DNA of 64,000 nt from the human T2T-CHM13v2.0 reference genome, Homo sapiens. This document shows, one piece after another, positions 1-13,791 of this stretch. Within the stretch, counting starts at the first letter, position 1. Each line of letters begins with the position of its first letter. Both the position numbers and the translations under genes were made by a program. The DNA lies in NCBI RefSeq assembly GCF_009914755.1, contig NC_060926.1. One strand, given 5' to 3'. The notes beneath the pieces were generated by a model. That model had not been told where the DNA came from, did no database searches, and worked only from the letters and a program-made list of their open reading frames with translations.

Positions 1-215
1 TTAAGTGGAATTACACAGTATTTATCCTTTTGTGTTGGCTTATTTCACTCAGCACAGTGTCCTCTAGGCTCATTCATGCTGCAGTGTGTGTCAGATCTCC
101 TTCCTCTTTAAGGCTAAATCCTATTCCATCGTACGGTCATCCACATCTTGTTTATTCATTCGTCTGCTCATGGACACTTGGGGTTGTTTTCTGTAGACAA
201 TATTCTGGGAGCAAT
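1..215 (-). mobile_element. L1 3' region fragment (L1MA/MB-like), continues beyond window start
   Basis: Typical antisense L1 3' text (ggcttatttcactcagca...catggacacttgggttg). Confidence 0.7.
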
Positions 216-2404
216 CACTCTTTTAATAAAATTCTGTCTTCCATTGAACCTTTTGGGTATCTTTTATTATGGTTTTTCAAATACAGAGTCCTTGGAGAAC
301 CTTGGTTGTTCTCTTTGTAGATACGTATTTGGAACTGCACTTACCATATCGTGAATGAGGCTACAGGTCAAATTCCCATCTGAACATCACCCTGATCTTG
401 ACCTTAGTCTGCTCACCAGATGGTTTGTCTCAGCTCCAGGTTTATGGCCACGATTGGTAAATAGACTCACTCCACATCTTAGTAATAGGAAGAAGTCATC
501 CCGGGCTTCCCCAGACTTCAAGTATCTTTAGAATGTTGAGCTTCCGGCAGATTTTTCTCTACCAGGACCTACCACATCCTGCATGTGTTATAAACAGAAT
601 CAGTCCACCAGAATGAGAACAACCTGCCAGTGATGGGAATGAGATGAGGAAGCTCTCTCACCGGCTAGAAGACCAGATGTCCGAAGACCTTTTTGGGGGA
701 GGGTGGGGTGTTGCCTAACACCAAATAACTATGGCCACTCAACTAATAGATCATTCTTCTCCCGCCTGCATCTGATTGCTGGCCTGGCTGTGGTGCTGGG
801 CAGGCTGGACACCACCAGCTTCCCCCAGGCAGGGGAGCCCCCATCTCCCCCATACAGGGGATCTCTGTTGTGGCCTGGCACAAGGGAGCTGGCCCGGCTG
901 TGGGTGGCCTTGCAAGACAGCTCAGCCAGGACCTTTCCCTCGAGGGCTCTGCCTTGCTCCTGCCGGTTGCCTTCCCACAGGTGTGCGGACTCGAGTTTGC
1001 TTGGATGGAACCAGGTGCCACAAGTGAAGCAAGTGGCAGACAGCTGCGGGGAGGGGTGCTGTGTTGTGGTAAGAGTAGTCAATAGAGGTTTTTGGAAACT
1101 GAGTAGAGACAGAAAACCATTGTCCTCTCCTTTTCTGTTCTATTAAAAAAAAAAAATCCTGCCTGGCCTCACCAGTTTCTGAGGCACGTGACAAAATTTA
1201 GTTTTCATCAGGGTCCTTCATGTGGCATGGCACAAAAAAAGACATTTCAGTATTTATTTGAAACTTTCTTGGCTCTCTTGCCCCCGTTTTTGTGGCTTAG
1301 AGGAAGGTGTGGATTTCTTCTACTTCACCAGAATTGTCCTTTCAATTCAAAATATGGGCTTCTGAGTTGCTGGATGAAATGTTCTAGAAACAGTCTTTGA
1401 GTGAAAATGTTATGCTTAACAAAACGAGCTTCAGTTTCCACTTCCTTTCTGCTATACAAACCTATGTGGTGCTGCTTATTAGGCAGAAATAGAAGAGCAG
1501 ATGGAAGGGTGTGTGGTACGGATGCCTTCTGACCACAAAATCAAACAATAGACCTTTTCATCTCTCGGTCAAAATACAGCCTCATCACCTCTCCTCTCAG
1601 CCAAAAAGCAACACAGAAATGCACAGTTTGGGCATAGGAGCAGGCCCTGCCGGCCAGCAGGAGTGAGGGAGGGTGGTGTTTTCTTGCCCTTTCATCATGG
1701 CTGGACTTTGGCACTTTGTTCTCTAAGTGAAAACAAAAATAGCCACTGACTTGGGCTCTGACTATATTTGCTGTTTCTTTAATGCTTCTCTTCCTTGCTA
1801 AAAATACATTAGAGGTGATTAATCAAACACACACACAAACACACAAACCCACAATCAATGCAATTAAAAATATATAGGTGGAGAAAGACAAGAACCAGGT
1901 GAGAGCCCTGCCTTCCCTGCACGGACCAGGCTTGTAGAGGGGTGTGTCTCTCTTCCTCACTGTTTCTGTTCTGGGATTATGCCTGTTATGGGCACTGACC
2001 TCTCTTTCTTGGCTGCAGTGCCATTTGGGGGCTCAGTCCTCATTTAGCTGACCTTAATTTGGATGGTTCCCAACTTTCCATCAACTGGCATTGCACATGA
2101 CTGGCTTTGTGGAGTTCCACCTCTCTCGCTCACACCCCATTCACAATGAGGATAGAGGGGCTACCGCCTGGAGCATGGGAGGATCCTGAACTTGGGAGCT
2201 TCCATGAGAGAATGTATTTGAGTTGTTCTCAGACTACCGTTTTTGCTCAGCACTTTTTTGGGGGGCTCAGTATTATTTCCAAAACATTTTGTGTAATTAC
2301 ATAAGGTTTCTACTTCTTTAATTTGCCAAGTAAAATGTTAAAAAATTTTCACCATCACTTAATAAAACAAGGAACATTTTAGTATTGCAAAAGGAGGAAG
2401 AACA

Positions 2405-4135
2405 GCCATTTTTATCCGACATAGAATTGGAAGCTCTAGACAGAGAAATTAGGGAAGGAAAATAAATTATTGGCTTCCAAATTGGAAAAAAAAAAGTAAA
2501 ATTATCTCTGTTTGCAGATGATACGATCTTATGCATAGAAAACTCTAAGGAGTTCTCAGAGTTTTCAGAGCTAGTAAATGAATTCGGCAAAGTTGCAAAA
2601 TATAAAATTAAAGCTCACAGTTCAGTTGTATTTCTATAGACTTGAACAATCCGAAAAGGAAATAAAAAATTCAATTTGCAATCTCATCAAAAAGAATAAA
2701 ATACTTGGGAATAAACTTGACCAAAGAGGTGAAAGATTGGCACACTGAAAACTACAACATGTTTTTGATACAAATAAGTGGAAATGCATCTCTTGTTCAT
2801 GGATTGGAAGACTTAATATTGTTGAGATGACACTACTACTCAAAGTGATCTACAGATTCAGGGCAATCTCTATCAAAACCCCAATGGCGTTTTTTAGAGA
2901 AATAGTAAAAAAGCACTCTAAAATTTATATGGAATCTCAAGGGACCCCAAATAACCAAAACAATCTTGAAAAGGAGGAGCAAAGTTGGAAGACTCACACT
3001 TCCTGATTTCAAAATGTACTATAAGCAATAGTAATCAAAACTATGTTATTAGCATAAGGGATAGATATATAAACCAATGGAATACAACAGAGATCCCAGA
3101 AACAAACTGTCACATGTATGGTCCATTGGTTTTTCAACAAAGAAGCCAAGATCAGTCAATGAGGAATGGGCAGCCTTTTTAACAAATGGTGCTGGGAAAA
3201 CTGGATATTCTTATGCAAAACAATGAAGTCAGACCTTTATCTAACATGGTCTAGAAAATTAACTCAAAATGGGTTAAAGATCTCAACATAAGAGCTAAAA
3301 TTATAAAACTGTTATAAGAATACACAGGTAAAAACCTTCATGGCCTGGAATTAGGCAATGATTTCTTGAGTGTGACACCAAAAGCACAGGCAATACAAGA
3401 AAAAAATACATAATTTGGATTTCATCAAAACGCAAAAGTTTTGTGCTTCAAAGGATACCATCAAGAGAGTGAAAAGATAACCTAAAGAATGGGAGAAAAT
3501 ATTTGCAAATCATTGTTTAGTAAATAATGAATATCTGGAATATATAAAGAACTTCTATAACTCAATAATTTAAAAAACCCAATTCAAAAATGGGTCAAGG
3601 TTTTCAGTAAACATTTTCCCAAAGATATACAAATGGCCAGTAAGCACATGAAAAGATGCTTCATGTCATTTGTTACTAGAGGAATGCAAATCAGAACCAC
3701 AGTGAGAAACCATTCCCACCTGTTAGAAGGGGCATTTTCCAAAAAGTAGAAGATAATAAGGGTTAGGATGTGGAGAAATTGTTATGCTAGTGGGCATATA
3801 AAATGGTACAGCTGCTGTGCAAAACAGTGTGAAAGGAGTTTGAACATGCAATTACTGTATAATTTGAACACAGAATTAACTATATAATCCAGCAGTTCTA
3901 TTCCTAGGCTTATACCCAAATGAATTGTGAACCGGGACTGAAACAGATATGTGTACACCAATGTTCATAATTGCATTATTCATAATAGCCAAATGTCCAC
4001 TGACAGATGACAGGGTAAACAAAATGTGGTATGTATACACAGTTGAGGAATATTCAGCCTTAGAAAGAAATGAAGTTATGACACGTGCTGCATGGATGAA
4101 CTTTGAAGTCATTATGCTGAGTGAAATAAGTGAGG
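2405..4135 (+). mobile_element. Degenerate L1M (L1MA/MB-like): 3' half of ORF2 into 3'UTR
   Basis: RT motif L-F-A-D-D encoded at 2508-2522 (ctgtttgcagatgat), followed by A-rich ORF2 sequence with many stops and frameshifts. Confidence 0.85.
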
Positions 4136-4189
4136 TGCATACAAGTCATGCACAGAGGAACCATGGACCTGGAATAAAAAGTCAGTCTT

Positions 4190-4707
4190 CCACATCCTAG
4201 TCAGCCTCTCTTAATTTTTTTCTTTTCAATAACAGCCATTCTAACTGGGTGGAGGTGATATTTTATTGTGGTTTTAATGTGCATCTTCCTGGCTGGGCCA
4301 GGTGACTCACGGCTGTAATCCCAGCATTTTGGGAGGCTGAGACAGGCAGATCACTTGAGCTCAGGCGTTTGAGACCAGCCTGGCCAATATGGCAAAACCC
4401 TGTCTCTACTAAAAATACAAAAATTAGCCAAGTGTGGTGGTGCACGCCTGTAATCCCAGCTACTCGGGAGGCTGAGGCAGAGAATTGCTTGAACCTGGGA
4501 GGCAGAGGCTGCGGTAAGCCGCGATCGCGCCAGTGCACTCCAGCCTGGGTGACAGGGTGAGACTCCATCTCAAAAAAAAAAAAAAAAAAAAAGTGTGCAT
4601 CTTCCTGATGGTTAGTAATGTTGAGCATTTTTTCATAAACCTGTTGGCCATTTCTGTGTCTTTTGAGAAATGTCTCTTCCTTTCCTTCCCCAATTTTTAA
4701 TGGGATT
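4190..4707 (-). mobile_element. Inverted 5' segment of a twin-primed L1 (interrupted by an Alu)
   Basis: Its reverse complement reads as the L1 ORF2 sequence lying just upstream of the sense segment that starts at 4708. Confidence 0.75.
4291..4592 (+). mobile_element. Full-length Alu (AluS-like)
   Basis: Dimeric Alu with poly-A tail; TSD tgtgcatcttcct at 4278-4290 and 4594-4606. Confidence 0.95.
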
Positions 4708-5490
4708 AAGGACGTGGAGAAAAGGGAACTCACATATACTATTGGTGGGAACATAAATAAGGCAGCCACTATGGAAACCAGTAGGAAAGTTTCTCAGAAA
4801 ACGAAAACTAGAACTATCATATGATCCAACAATCCCACTGCTGGGTATTTATCCAAAGGAAAAGAAATCAGTGTATCAAAGGGATACCTGCACCCCTGCA
4901 TTTATTGCAGCACTAGTCACAATAGCAAAGATGTGAATCAGCCCAAGTGTCCATCAACTGATGAATGGATTAAAAAAAAAAAACACAGGGGATACTATTC
5001 AGCCTTTCAAAAGAATGAAATCATGTCATTTGCAGCAACATGGATGAAACTGCAGGTGGTTATGGTAAATGAAACAAGCCAGGCACAGAAAGGCAAATAT
5101 TGGACGATCTCACTCATATGTGGAAGCTAAAAAAGGTGCTCGCATGAAGACAGAGTAGAGTGCCAGATGCCAGTGTCTGGAAAGGATGTGTTGGTGGTAG
5201 GGAGGTAAAGAAAGGTTGGTTAAGGGTATAAACATACAGTCAGAAGGAATGAATTCTCGTGTTTGATAGTACAGCAGGGTGATTAGTTAACAACAATTTA
5301 TTGTATATTTTACAATAGCTAAAAGAGATTTGAATATGTCCCAACACAAAGAAATGATAAAGATTTGAGGTGATGGATATGCTAGTTACCCTGATTTGAT
5401 CATTACACATTGTATGTATCAAAATATTATATGTACCCCATAAATATGTACAATTATTATGTATCAGTAAAAGTTCCTCCAAAAAAATAA
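4708..5490 (+). mobile_element. L1 (L1MA-like): end of ORF2 and 3'UTR, sense segment
   Basis: aggacgtggagaaaagggaactc...gcaacatggatgaaactg... ending in an A-rich tail. Confidence 0.85.
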
Positions 5491-6689
5491 AAAGAGTCCA
5501 TCCTTCAGCAGAGGGAGTGCATTGTTGGAGGGGCAAGGGTGAGAGGCCAGGAGAGCAGGCCCTGGGCTTAGCCTCCAGCATCCACAGCACGCGTGTGCCC
5601 TGGACTGGGCCTAGGAAGGGTGGTGCCCTGGTGGCCTATGCTGGCCCTGTGGAGCCTGGCCAGGCCTTCCCTGTACCTCCTCCCTAAAACCCTGGGATGG
5701 CGTGGGCTCCTTTCTTCTACCACTGACATCCAGTGTTTCTGTTAAATTAGGTGGTCTGCCTAAGGACTTTTTGGTTTGCTAAAAGACAAAACAAAACACA
5801 GGAAATAAAGCACATTTTCCAGTTCTCAGCCAGCAGCGCAGGTCCTCTGTGACCACATGGCATCCCCAAGGTGTCCGCGTGTATCCCACATGGGGACTCA
5901 GCCAGCTGTGAGAGGGATGGACCTGCCCCTGCCTGGGGCTACGGTCCCCATACTCTCCCATCAACAGGGTCTGTACTCACTGCACCCTTCAGGGTGAAGA
6001 GGGCACTGTCCGCCCCTGTGGCCATCAGATGGTGTGATCCCACCTCTTGGCAGAGGCTGGCACCACGCCCTGATGCTTCTCCATCCCAGACAGGGGGAAG
6101 CAGGTGGTTGGAGAGAGGTGGGAGGATGAGGTTGCCACCTTCTCCTGAAACCAGCATGGGTGCTGCTGCCACAGATCATGAATGCTTTGTCCCCCTTTGC
6201 TGCCGTCCCATGCAGTCAAGTGCCCTGATAACCAGGAGTTGGCTGTTACCAGATCCAGAGCCCTCAGAGGCTGCGTGAGCACCAGCCACGTGAGCAGCCT
6301 ACCTGGTGTGTTTCCCAGAGCCGACAGAGCCAAGAGGGGCGTTCTGAAGCCCGAAGAAGCAGGAGTGGCCACTAGGAGCTGCCGTGTGCTCGCTGTGATG
6401 GAGTTGCCGAAGTGCTTTGATTCCTCGGTTATTTCAGGCATTGTCCCCCTTTGGGAGTGGGCATGGCCTGCCCATGTCAGTCCTAGGTCAGTGGCTGGAA
6501 ATGAGCAGAATGGAAGCGTAGGAAGGGCTTGAGGGGTGTGGGCACATGCTTCAGCTGCGGGCTCCATTCAAGCATCGGTGGAGGGCAGTAGCACCATGCA
6601 GACAACTGGAGCTCCTTAGTGCTCCCTGGGTAGCCCTGCACCTCTCCATGGCTCTCCCCTGAATTCTGCCCCCCACGTGATGCTGCCCC

Positions 6690-6818
6690 AACGTGGAGAT
6701 CCGGGATGTGTCGTTGTCTTTCCTTGCAGAGCCGTGGAGGACAGCCTCTGAGCCATCCCTGCTAGTCTCTGCTCCTGGCACATGAAAGTGTTCAATACAT
6801 GTTTGTGCAGAAAGTGAA
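6690..6818 (+). mobile_element. L2 3' end fragment
   Basis: cctggcacatgaaagtgttcaatacatgtttgtg resembles the L2 3' terminus. Confidence 0.4.
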
Positions 6819-6838
6819 ATTAAAATCTGTCCACTTGG

Positions 6839-7009
6839 TAGCTGGATGTGGTGGCACATGTCTGTTGTCCCAGCTACTCCGGAGGCTGAGGTAGGAGGAT
6901 CAGATCACTTGAGCCTGGGGGGTGTGGGTTGCAGTGAGCCATGATTGTGCCACTGCACTCCAGCCTAGGTGACAGAGTGAGACTCCGTCTCAAAAACAAA
7001 TTCAATCAA
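6839..7009 (+). mobile_element. Alu right arm only (5'-truncated AluJ or FRAM)
   Basis: Right monomer plus A-rich tail; TSD taaaatctgtccac(t/a)tgg at 6821-6838 and 7010-7027. Confidence 0.9.
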
Positions 7010-7039
7010 TAAAATCTGTCCACATGGCTCATTAATGGA

Positions 7040-7118
7040 TAGAATGTTAAGAGCTGGAATAGCTTCAGGGTTTACCTAGCCTCGCCCCTTGTTTTACACA
7101 AAAAGAAACTGAGGCCTG
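7040..7118 (-). mobile_element. MIR fragment
   Basis: MIR core in antisense (gttttacacaaaaagaaactgaggc). Confidence 0.45.
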
Positions 7119-7444
7119 GTCTCCCACTTCTGCCCCTGCTTGGCAGGCCTAGAGAGTGTGTGTGCATGTGCAAATGGAGGGGGTGTGGGCATTGGGAGTT
7201 TAAACTTGGCTTGAATAGCTAATCAGATCTATCAAAATTAGGTTTTTACCAAGCATAGTAAAATAAGACTTGTTTGGTATTATTAGTGATGCTAAAACTA
7301 TATGTCACATATTGGACAAATAAGCACATTTTCAGATACGCATGTGGGATTTTGATTGCATGCTGGGTTTAGTCCAAGATTAAATCTGCATTTTGTTCTG
7401 ATGTAAAAGGGACTTGAAGCAGTTTTTGAGGTCATGTGCATAGC

Positions 7445-7934
<490 letters not shown>

Positions 7935-8074
7935 AGAGAACTGCAGCATAACCTTATCTTTTTAAAAATCTTATTTTAAAAAGAATTTTGTGGGTTTGAA
8001 GGAAAGATTGTCTGGAAGAAGGAAGTGACTGAGACATAGCTTTTTGACACCTGGCCTGGAGCCTTTTCGTTTAG

Positions 8075-8183
8075 ACCAACCAACTAAGCTGGATGACACC
8101 AGCACAGTCCCTTAAATTCCCTGGCCTCAGTTTCCTCTTGTGTAAAATGAGGTTCTATGGCTTCTGCTAGTTCTGAGATTCTA
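8075..8183 (+). mobile_element. MIR fragment
   Basis: MIR core ggcctcagtttcctcttgtgtaaaatgagg. Confidence 0.55.
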
Positions 8184-8278
8184 TCTTGCCCCATTCTTGG
8201 CAACTGGGATATGAAGAGCTCTATTTTAATAACGATAATAATAAAGAAGGCTTATTAAACACTGGGGATCCGGCTGAA

Positions 8279-8430
8279 TAGTCCTCAAACCATTGTACTC
8301 AGCTGGGTGGAGAGACCTGCAAGTAACCAAGGGAAGTTTCAAAATGTGGGTTTCCGGGCTCCGCTTGGACCCATTTCACAGGGACCCGAAATCTGCACGT
8401 TAACAGGTTTCACAACGATTCTCACACAAA
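8279..8430. mobile_element. MER5-like hAT relic
   Basis: Weak resemblance (gtcctcaaac...gaaatctgcacgttaacagg). Confidence 0.35.
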
Positions 8431-8757
8431 CAACTCCCTTTAAAGATACAGGCCAGGCCGACTCCCCACTGGGGACTGGGTGGGCTGACCCACCTGGCCC
8501 ACTCACACTCACCATGTGGAGTTTTCTCCTGAGAGTTAGGCCAGGGAATGATTTTTAATGTGGGATGCTCCACGTTCCTCTCTGGGACTTCCCATTTGCA
8601 ATGTCTTAAGTCACTTTCATGTTTGAATTTAGAAAATCAAAAGATGACCGTCTTGTTTCCTGTAAATATCAGGAACAGAGAGGAGAGCAGGTGGTGTGTT
8701 TGTCCTAGACTTAAATTTTAAGATTTATTTTTATAAGTTAGTTTCAAGTTTGCTTTC

Positions 8758-8921
8758 TTTCGTTCTTAAAATTGAGATAGGGTCTCGCTCTGTTGCCCGG
8801 GCTGCACTGCAGAAGTGCGATCCCGGCTCACTGTAGCCTTGACCTCCTGGGATGAAGTGATCCTCCCCTCTCAGCCTCCCGAGTAGCTGGGACTATAGTC
8901 GCTTTCCACCATGCCAGCTAA
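8758..8921 (-). mobile_element. Alu right arm only (AluJ/FRAM-like)
   Basis: Antisense right monomer; TSD aagtttgctttc at 8746-8757 and 8922-8933. Confidence 0.9.
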
Positions 8922-9824
8922 AAGTTTGCTTTCAAAGAGTCCCTATTCTAATCTGTTGTTGGAGCTCTCCACAATGAATCACCAAAATACCATTTTAATA
9001 TTAGAGTAGTATTTTGTCAGGAAAAAATAGGCCTGACCCTGAACAACTTATCTGCATAGCTGTAATATTGTCATTTTTGACTCAGGCTAAATCACTTGTT
9101 AATTTTAGGAGGAAATGTCAGAGGAGGTTGTCCCCAAATAGCAGTTATTATCTGTTTCCCAGGTTTATGAACCCAGCTCACAGCTCTGCTTGTCAACATC
9201 TGCAGAAGGAACTTAGAGAAAGACTGGCTCCTTTTACATTTTTTTTGTTACAATAGTTAATGTAAGAGTAGTTATGTAAACAGATCAATAAGCTCATTTT
9301 GAACATGACCCTGCCAACTGTTTCAAAGCTAAAGTCACATTGACTCAGGAAGGTCAGCTGTTTCATCTACAGTGTCTGTGGCCCATGGAGGAACTGGAGC
9401 CATGTGAGGTCTAATGACACACGTGGCCCATGTGCAGTCCTCATCGTTAAGTAAGTACCCTGCTGACCTCTTAAGACATAAACCAAAAATAAACTGTAGC
9501 AACCACTTCTTTTTAAGTCCCTTTAAAGTTTAGATTTTTACTGTTCTTAGGGTGACTTTGTGGCTCATCACTCTTAGCTTTTTCTCATTGCTTCTTGAAT
9601 CGCTCCCCTTTCCTGAGTGTTTCTTGGTCTGCCATCTTGACTTCTCCCGGGGCCATGCATCTGCTCCCTTTGTGGCTCCGTTTGCTCCTAAGTCTTTGCA
9701 GGATCTCCACGCAGAAGGCGTGGTGCTGGATCTTTAGGGGACATTCAGATATAGACATGCTTTGTGCCATTAAGGAACTTGTGGCTTAGTAAGAAGAACA
9801 GCTGGTTACAGAAATGAACCAGGA

Positions 9825-10310
9825 CCCCTACAGCTGCAGGAGAGAAACTAACTGGAATCAGTCAAAACACAGAGAGAAGCAAAGCCGTGTGGTGGCCCAG
9901 ATAACCAAGGGTCCTGAGGTAGATGCATCCACCATGGCCGGGTTCATGGCTCAGATGATGCCATCAGGACTTGGTCTCTTTCTAGCTCTGGGTCCCACCA
10001 AGCTTTTCCATGGTGGCCTAGCAGCTCCACTGTCCTCTTCATAGGTGCAAGAGGGCTTTAGGGGTCTTTGTCATGTTTCTGGGGTCTTTGCTGGAACATC
10101 TGCAGAACTCACGAGATTCACTCCGGCTGAGTGAACTGATGGCAGTGGCAGTGGTTGGCTCAGACTTAGGGTGTGTGTTTTCTCCTGAAATTGAGAGGAT
10201 CCCACCCAGGCCTCAGGGGCTGAAAGTTGGGGGAAGGAGCTAAGAGAAAATTGGTGCCTGTAGCTAGAAGAAGCTCTGTGAATGTCAGGCACACAAAGCT
10301 ACACGTCCAT
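9825..10310 (-). mobile_element. Possible old MaLR (MLT1-type) LTR remnant
   Basis: Weak resemblance only (ggctcagatgatgccatcaggac...). Confidence 0.3.
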
Positions 10311-11371
10311 GCCAGAAAGTCACAATACTAAGGGACTTCTCAAGTCCTGGTTCTCAGGTCCTTAGGGGTCCTGGTTCATTTCTGTAACCAGCTGTTCTTC
10401 TTACTAAGCCACAAGTTCTCACAGTCAAGTAAAAACCAAATGCGACTGGAGTTATGAGGATGGTGACATTGAAGCTATCAGGGACTGCTTCATGTTGGGT
10501 GCTTTGTGTGGGCTCCCGGGTCTGCCTGGGCCCTGCCCTTCATCCCTGTCTGCTTCTCTGGGAGATCCCTGGCTCTTGGGATTGTCTGTGTGTGGGAGAT
10601 TCCCCTGGATCTGGCCTGGCCATGCCCACTGGCTTCATGGGGTACACGGCAGCTCCCCTGCTTCTGTGCTGTGCTCCCTGCAGGTCACAGGATCCACTTC
10701 TCTGCAAGTGCCAGAATCTTGTGCAGTCCTTTCGGGTCCAACGCAAGTTCTTTTTCTGGGTAGGTCACCCCCCAGCCAACTGGAGTCAACACTTCCTTTC
10801 CCGAATTCCCGCTCACTCTGGCAATCTCCCTTGGCCCTTCGGTCGCTCCGCCTTTCATCGGTTTGTCTGCAACTGCAGTTCCCTGTAGGCTTCATGATGG
10901 TGACCGTCATTCCTGATGTTTCCCAAACAAACGTGCATTGGTGCTTTTCTGGCTCAAGGGGCATGGGATTTACATTTGCTGTGGGTAGGAAAGAGTGGGG
11001 AATAGTTCAGTGTTTTCCTTTATTTGTAGGAAAGTGATGCCCAGACACAGGTACGAGTGTCTGGTTTGGTACTTTTACTCTCTCTTGACACATACAGGCA
11101 ATCTCTAATGGCTGTGTTTTCATGCTGCAAATGATGTACTTGCAACGTTTGGCAAACATGGTGCTACTTGCTTATAATACTGTCAGAAATTCAATCGGCA
11201 GCCCTCCTAGTCCCCAGGAATGTGCTTGGTGGCAGGTGTTAGCAGTGCGTGTCTATCCCCCAAAGGCTTTTATTGTCTCATTAATGAGCAGGTGCAATAA
11301 ATGTGTTGTAGACAGCATCTCTGTTAGTCTGAAGATGTTTGGGATGTGTGTTCTATTTCCACATGTCACCC

Positions 11372-12203
11372 TGTAGAGGAAAACCAACTGTTTTCCTTGA
11401 TACCCACAATGCACCCAGAACACTTCTGATACCAGATGTGTGTGGGGTTTTGCCACACCAAGCAATTCTCCAGTTGTTTGCAGATGCCAACTGGGTATTC
11501 AGTTCAGTTCTGACCCCTTCCATGTGGAGCTAGTATGGACCCTGCAGGTTAAGGGCTCAATCTCATCAGGCTGCCTTCACTTCAGAGGCCAGTTGCAAGA
11601 GGTGTCTTCAGGTTACCTGGAACTTCTGTGTGGCGTGGCTGCAAATCTGGTTTATTATATTAGTGGAGGGCATGATAAAAGATACAGGCAAGCAGCCAGA
11701 TGGAGAGGTACATAGGGCGAGGTCTGGAAGGGTCCTGAGCACAGGGGCTTCCGTCTCTGTGGAGTTAGATGTACCCTCTCCAGGTGGGTGGATGCATCCA
11801 CCAGCCAGAATCTCCCCAAACTCCAACTTGTAGGGATTTTTATGGAGGCTTCTTCACACAGGCATGATTGGTTATCAACACAATATCCAGCCCCTCTGCC
11901 CTCTTTGGAGGATGGGGTATGGAGCTGAAAACTCCAAGTTTCTGGTCATGGCTAGGTCTTTCTGGTGACCAGCCTTCATCCAGGAGCCACCAGAGTCACT
12001 TCATCAGCACAGAAAAAAGGTTTCCATCACCCAGCAAATACCAAGGGATTAGGAGCTCTGTGTTGGGAACCTCAATCAAAGACCAAATATCAGAACAAAA
12101 GATACTCCTAGCCCCGCTATCACTCAGAAAATTACCAGGGATTTAGGAGCTCTGTGCCAGGAACCAGGGACAAAGACCAAATATGTATTTTTATTATGTC
12201 ACA
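11372..12203 (-). mobile_element. MER21-family solo LTR (ERVL)
   Basis: TG...CA termini; right end is the reverse complement of the MER21 start (ccaggaaccagggacaaagaccaaatatgtatttttattatgtcaca); internal repeated taggagctctgtg block. Confidence 0.75.
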
Positions 12204-12239
12204 CAGCTGTTCCCTTCCCCCTTTTTAGTACACTTCTTA

Positions 12240-12470
12240 TTTGGAGCAGTGGTGAGTAGAGTATGAGGAATTCTGACATACCCACACCCCACTTCCTCTG
12301 TTGTTAACACCTTACATTAGCATGGTACTTTTCATACATTAACATGATAGTTCTCCATTTGCAAAGCTGTAGTTTTTTCCTGCCATCCTTTTTCTGTCCC
12401 AGGATCCCATACTGCCTCACAGCTGTCATGTCTCCATGGACTCCTCTGGCTATGACAGCTTCTCAGACTG
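12240..12470 (-). mobile_element. L1MC/MD-like 3'UTR fragment
   Basis: ttaacaccttacattagcatggtac...tctgtcccaggatccc...gtcatgtctcc motifs. Confidence 0.5.
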
Positions 12471-12689
12471 GTCCTGGGGTGGTCACGGCAGGTGGATAGT
12501 GGCCTGGAGCTTGAGAGCCCGATACGGGAGGGATTTGGGATGTGGGCTCTGAATTGGTGGGTTTGCATTAAAAAGGCACACTCATGAGCAAGTTGTTCAC
12601 TATCTCTAGGAATTGGCAGCCCCTCCAGGGTCAGGAAGGCCCCAGATGTGAAAGCATCAGCATACAGAAAATAAGACATGGTGACTACA
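12471..12689 (-). mobile_element. MER74-like LTR 5' part (ERVL)
   Basis: Reverse complement tgtagtcaccatgtcttattttctgtatgctgatgctttcacatctggggccttcctgaccctggagggg... matches recalled MER74 start. Confidence 0.6.
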
Positions 12690-13185
<496 letters not shown>

Positions 13186-13189
13186 AATA

Positions 13190-13791
<602 letters not shown>

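Noticed and set aside
2405-4135. Functional reverse transcriptase gene
   Set aside because: FADD motif is present but the L1 ORF2 is truncated and full of stops and frameshifts.
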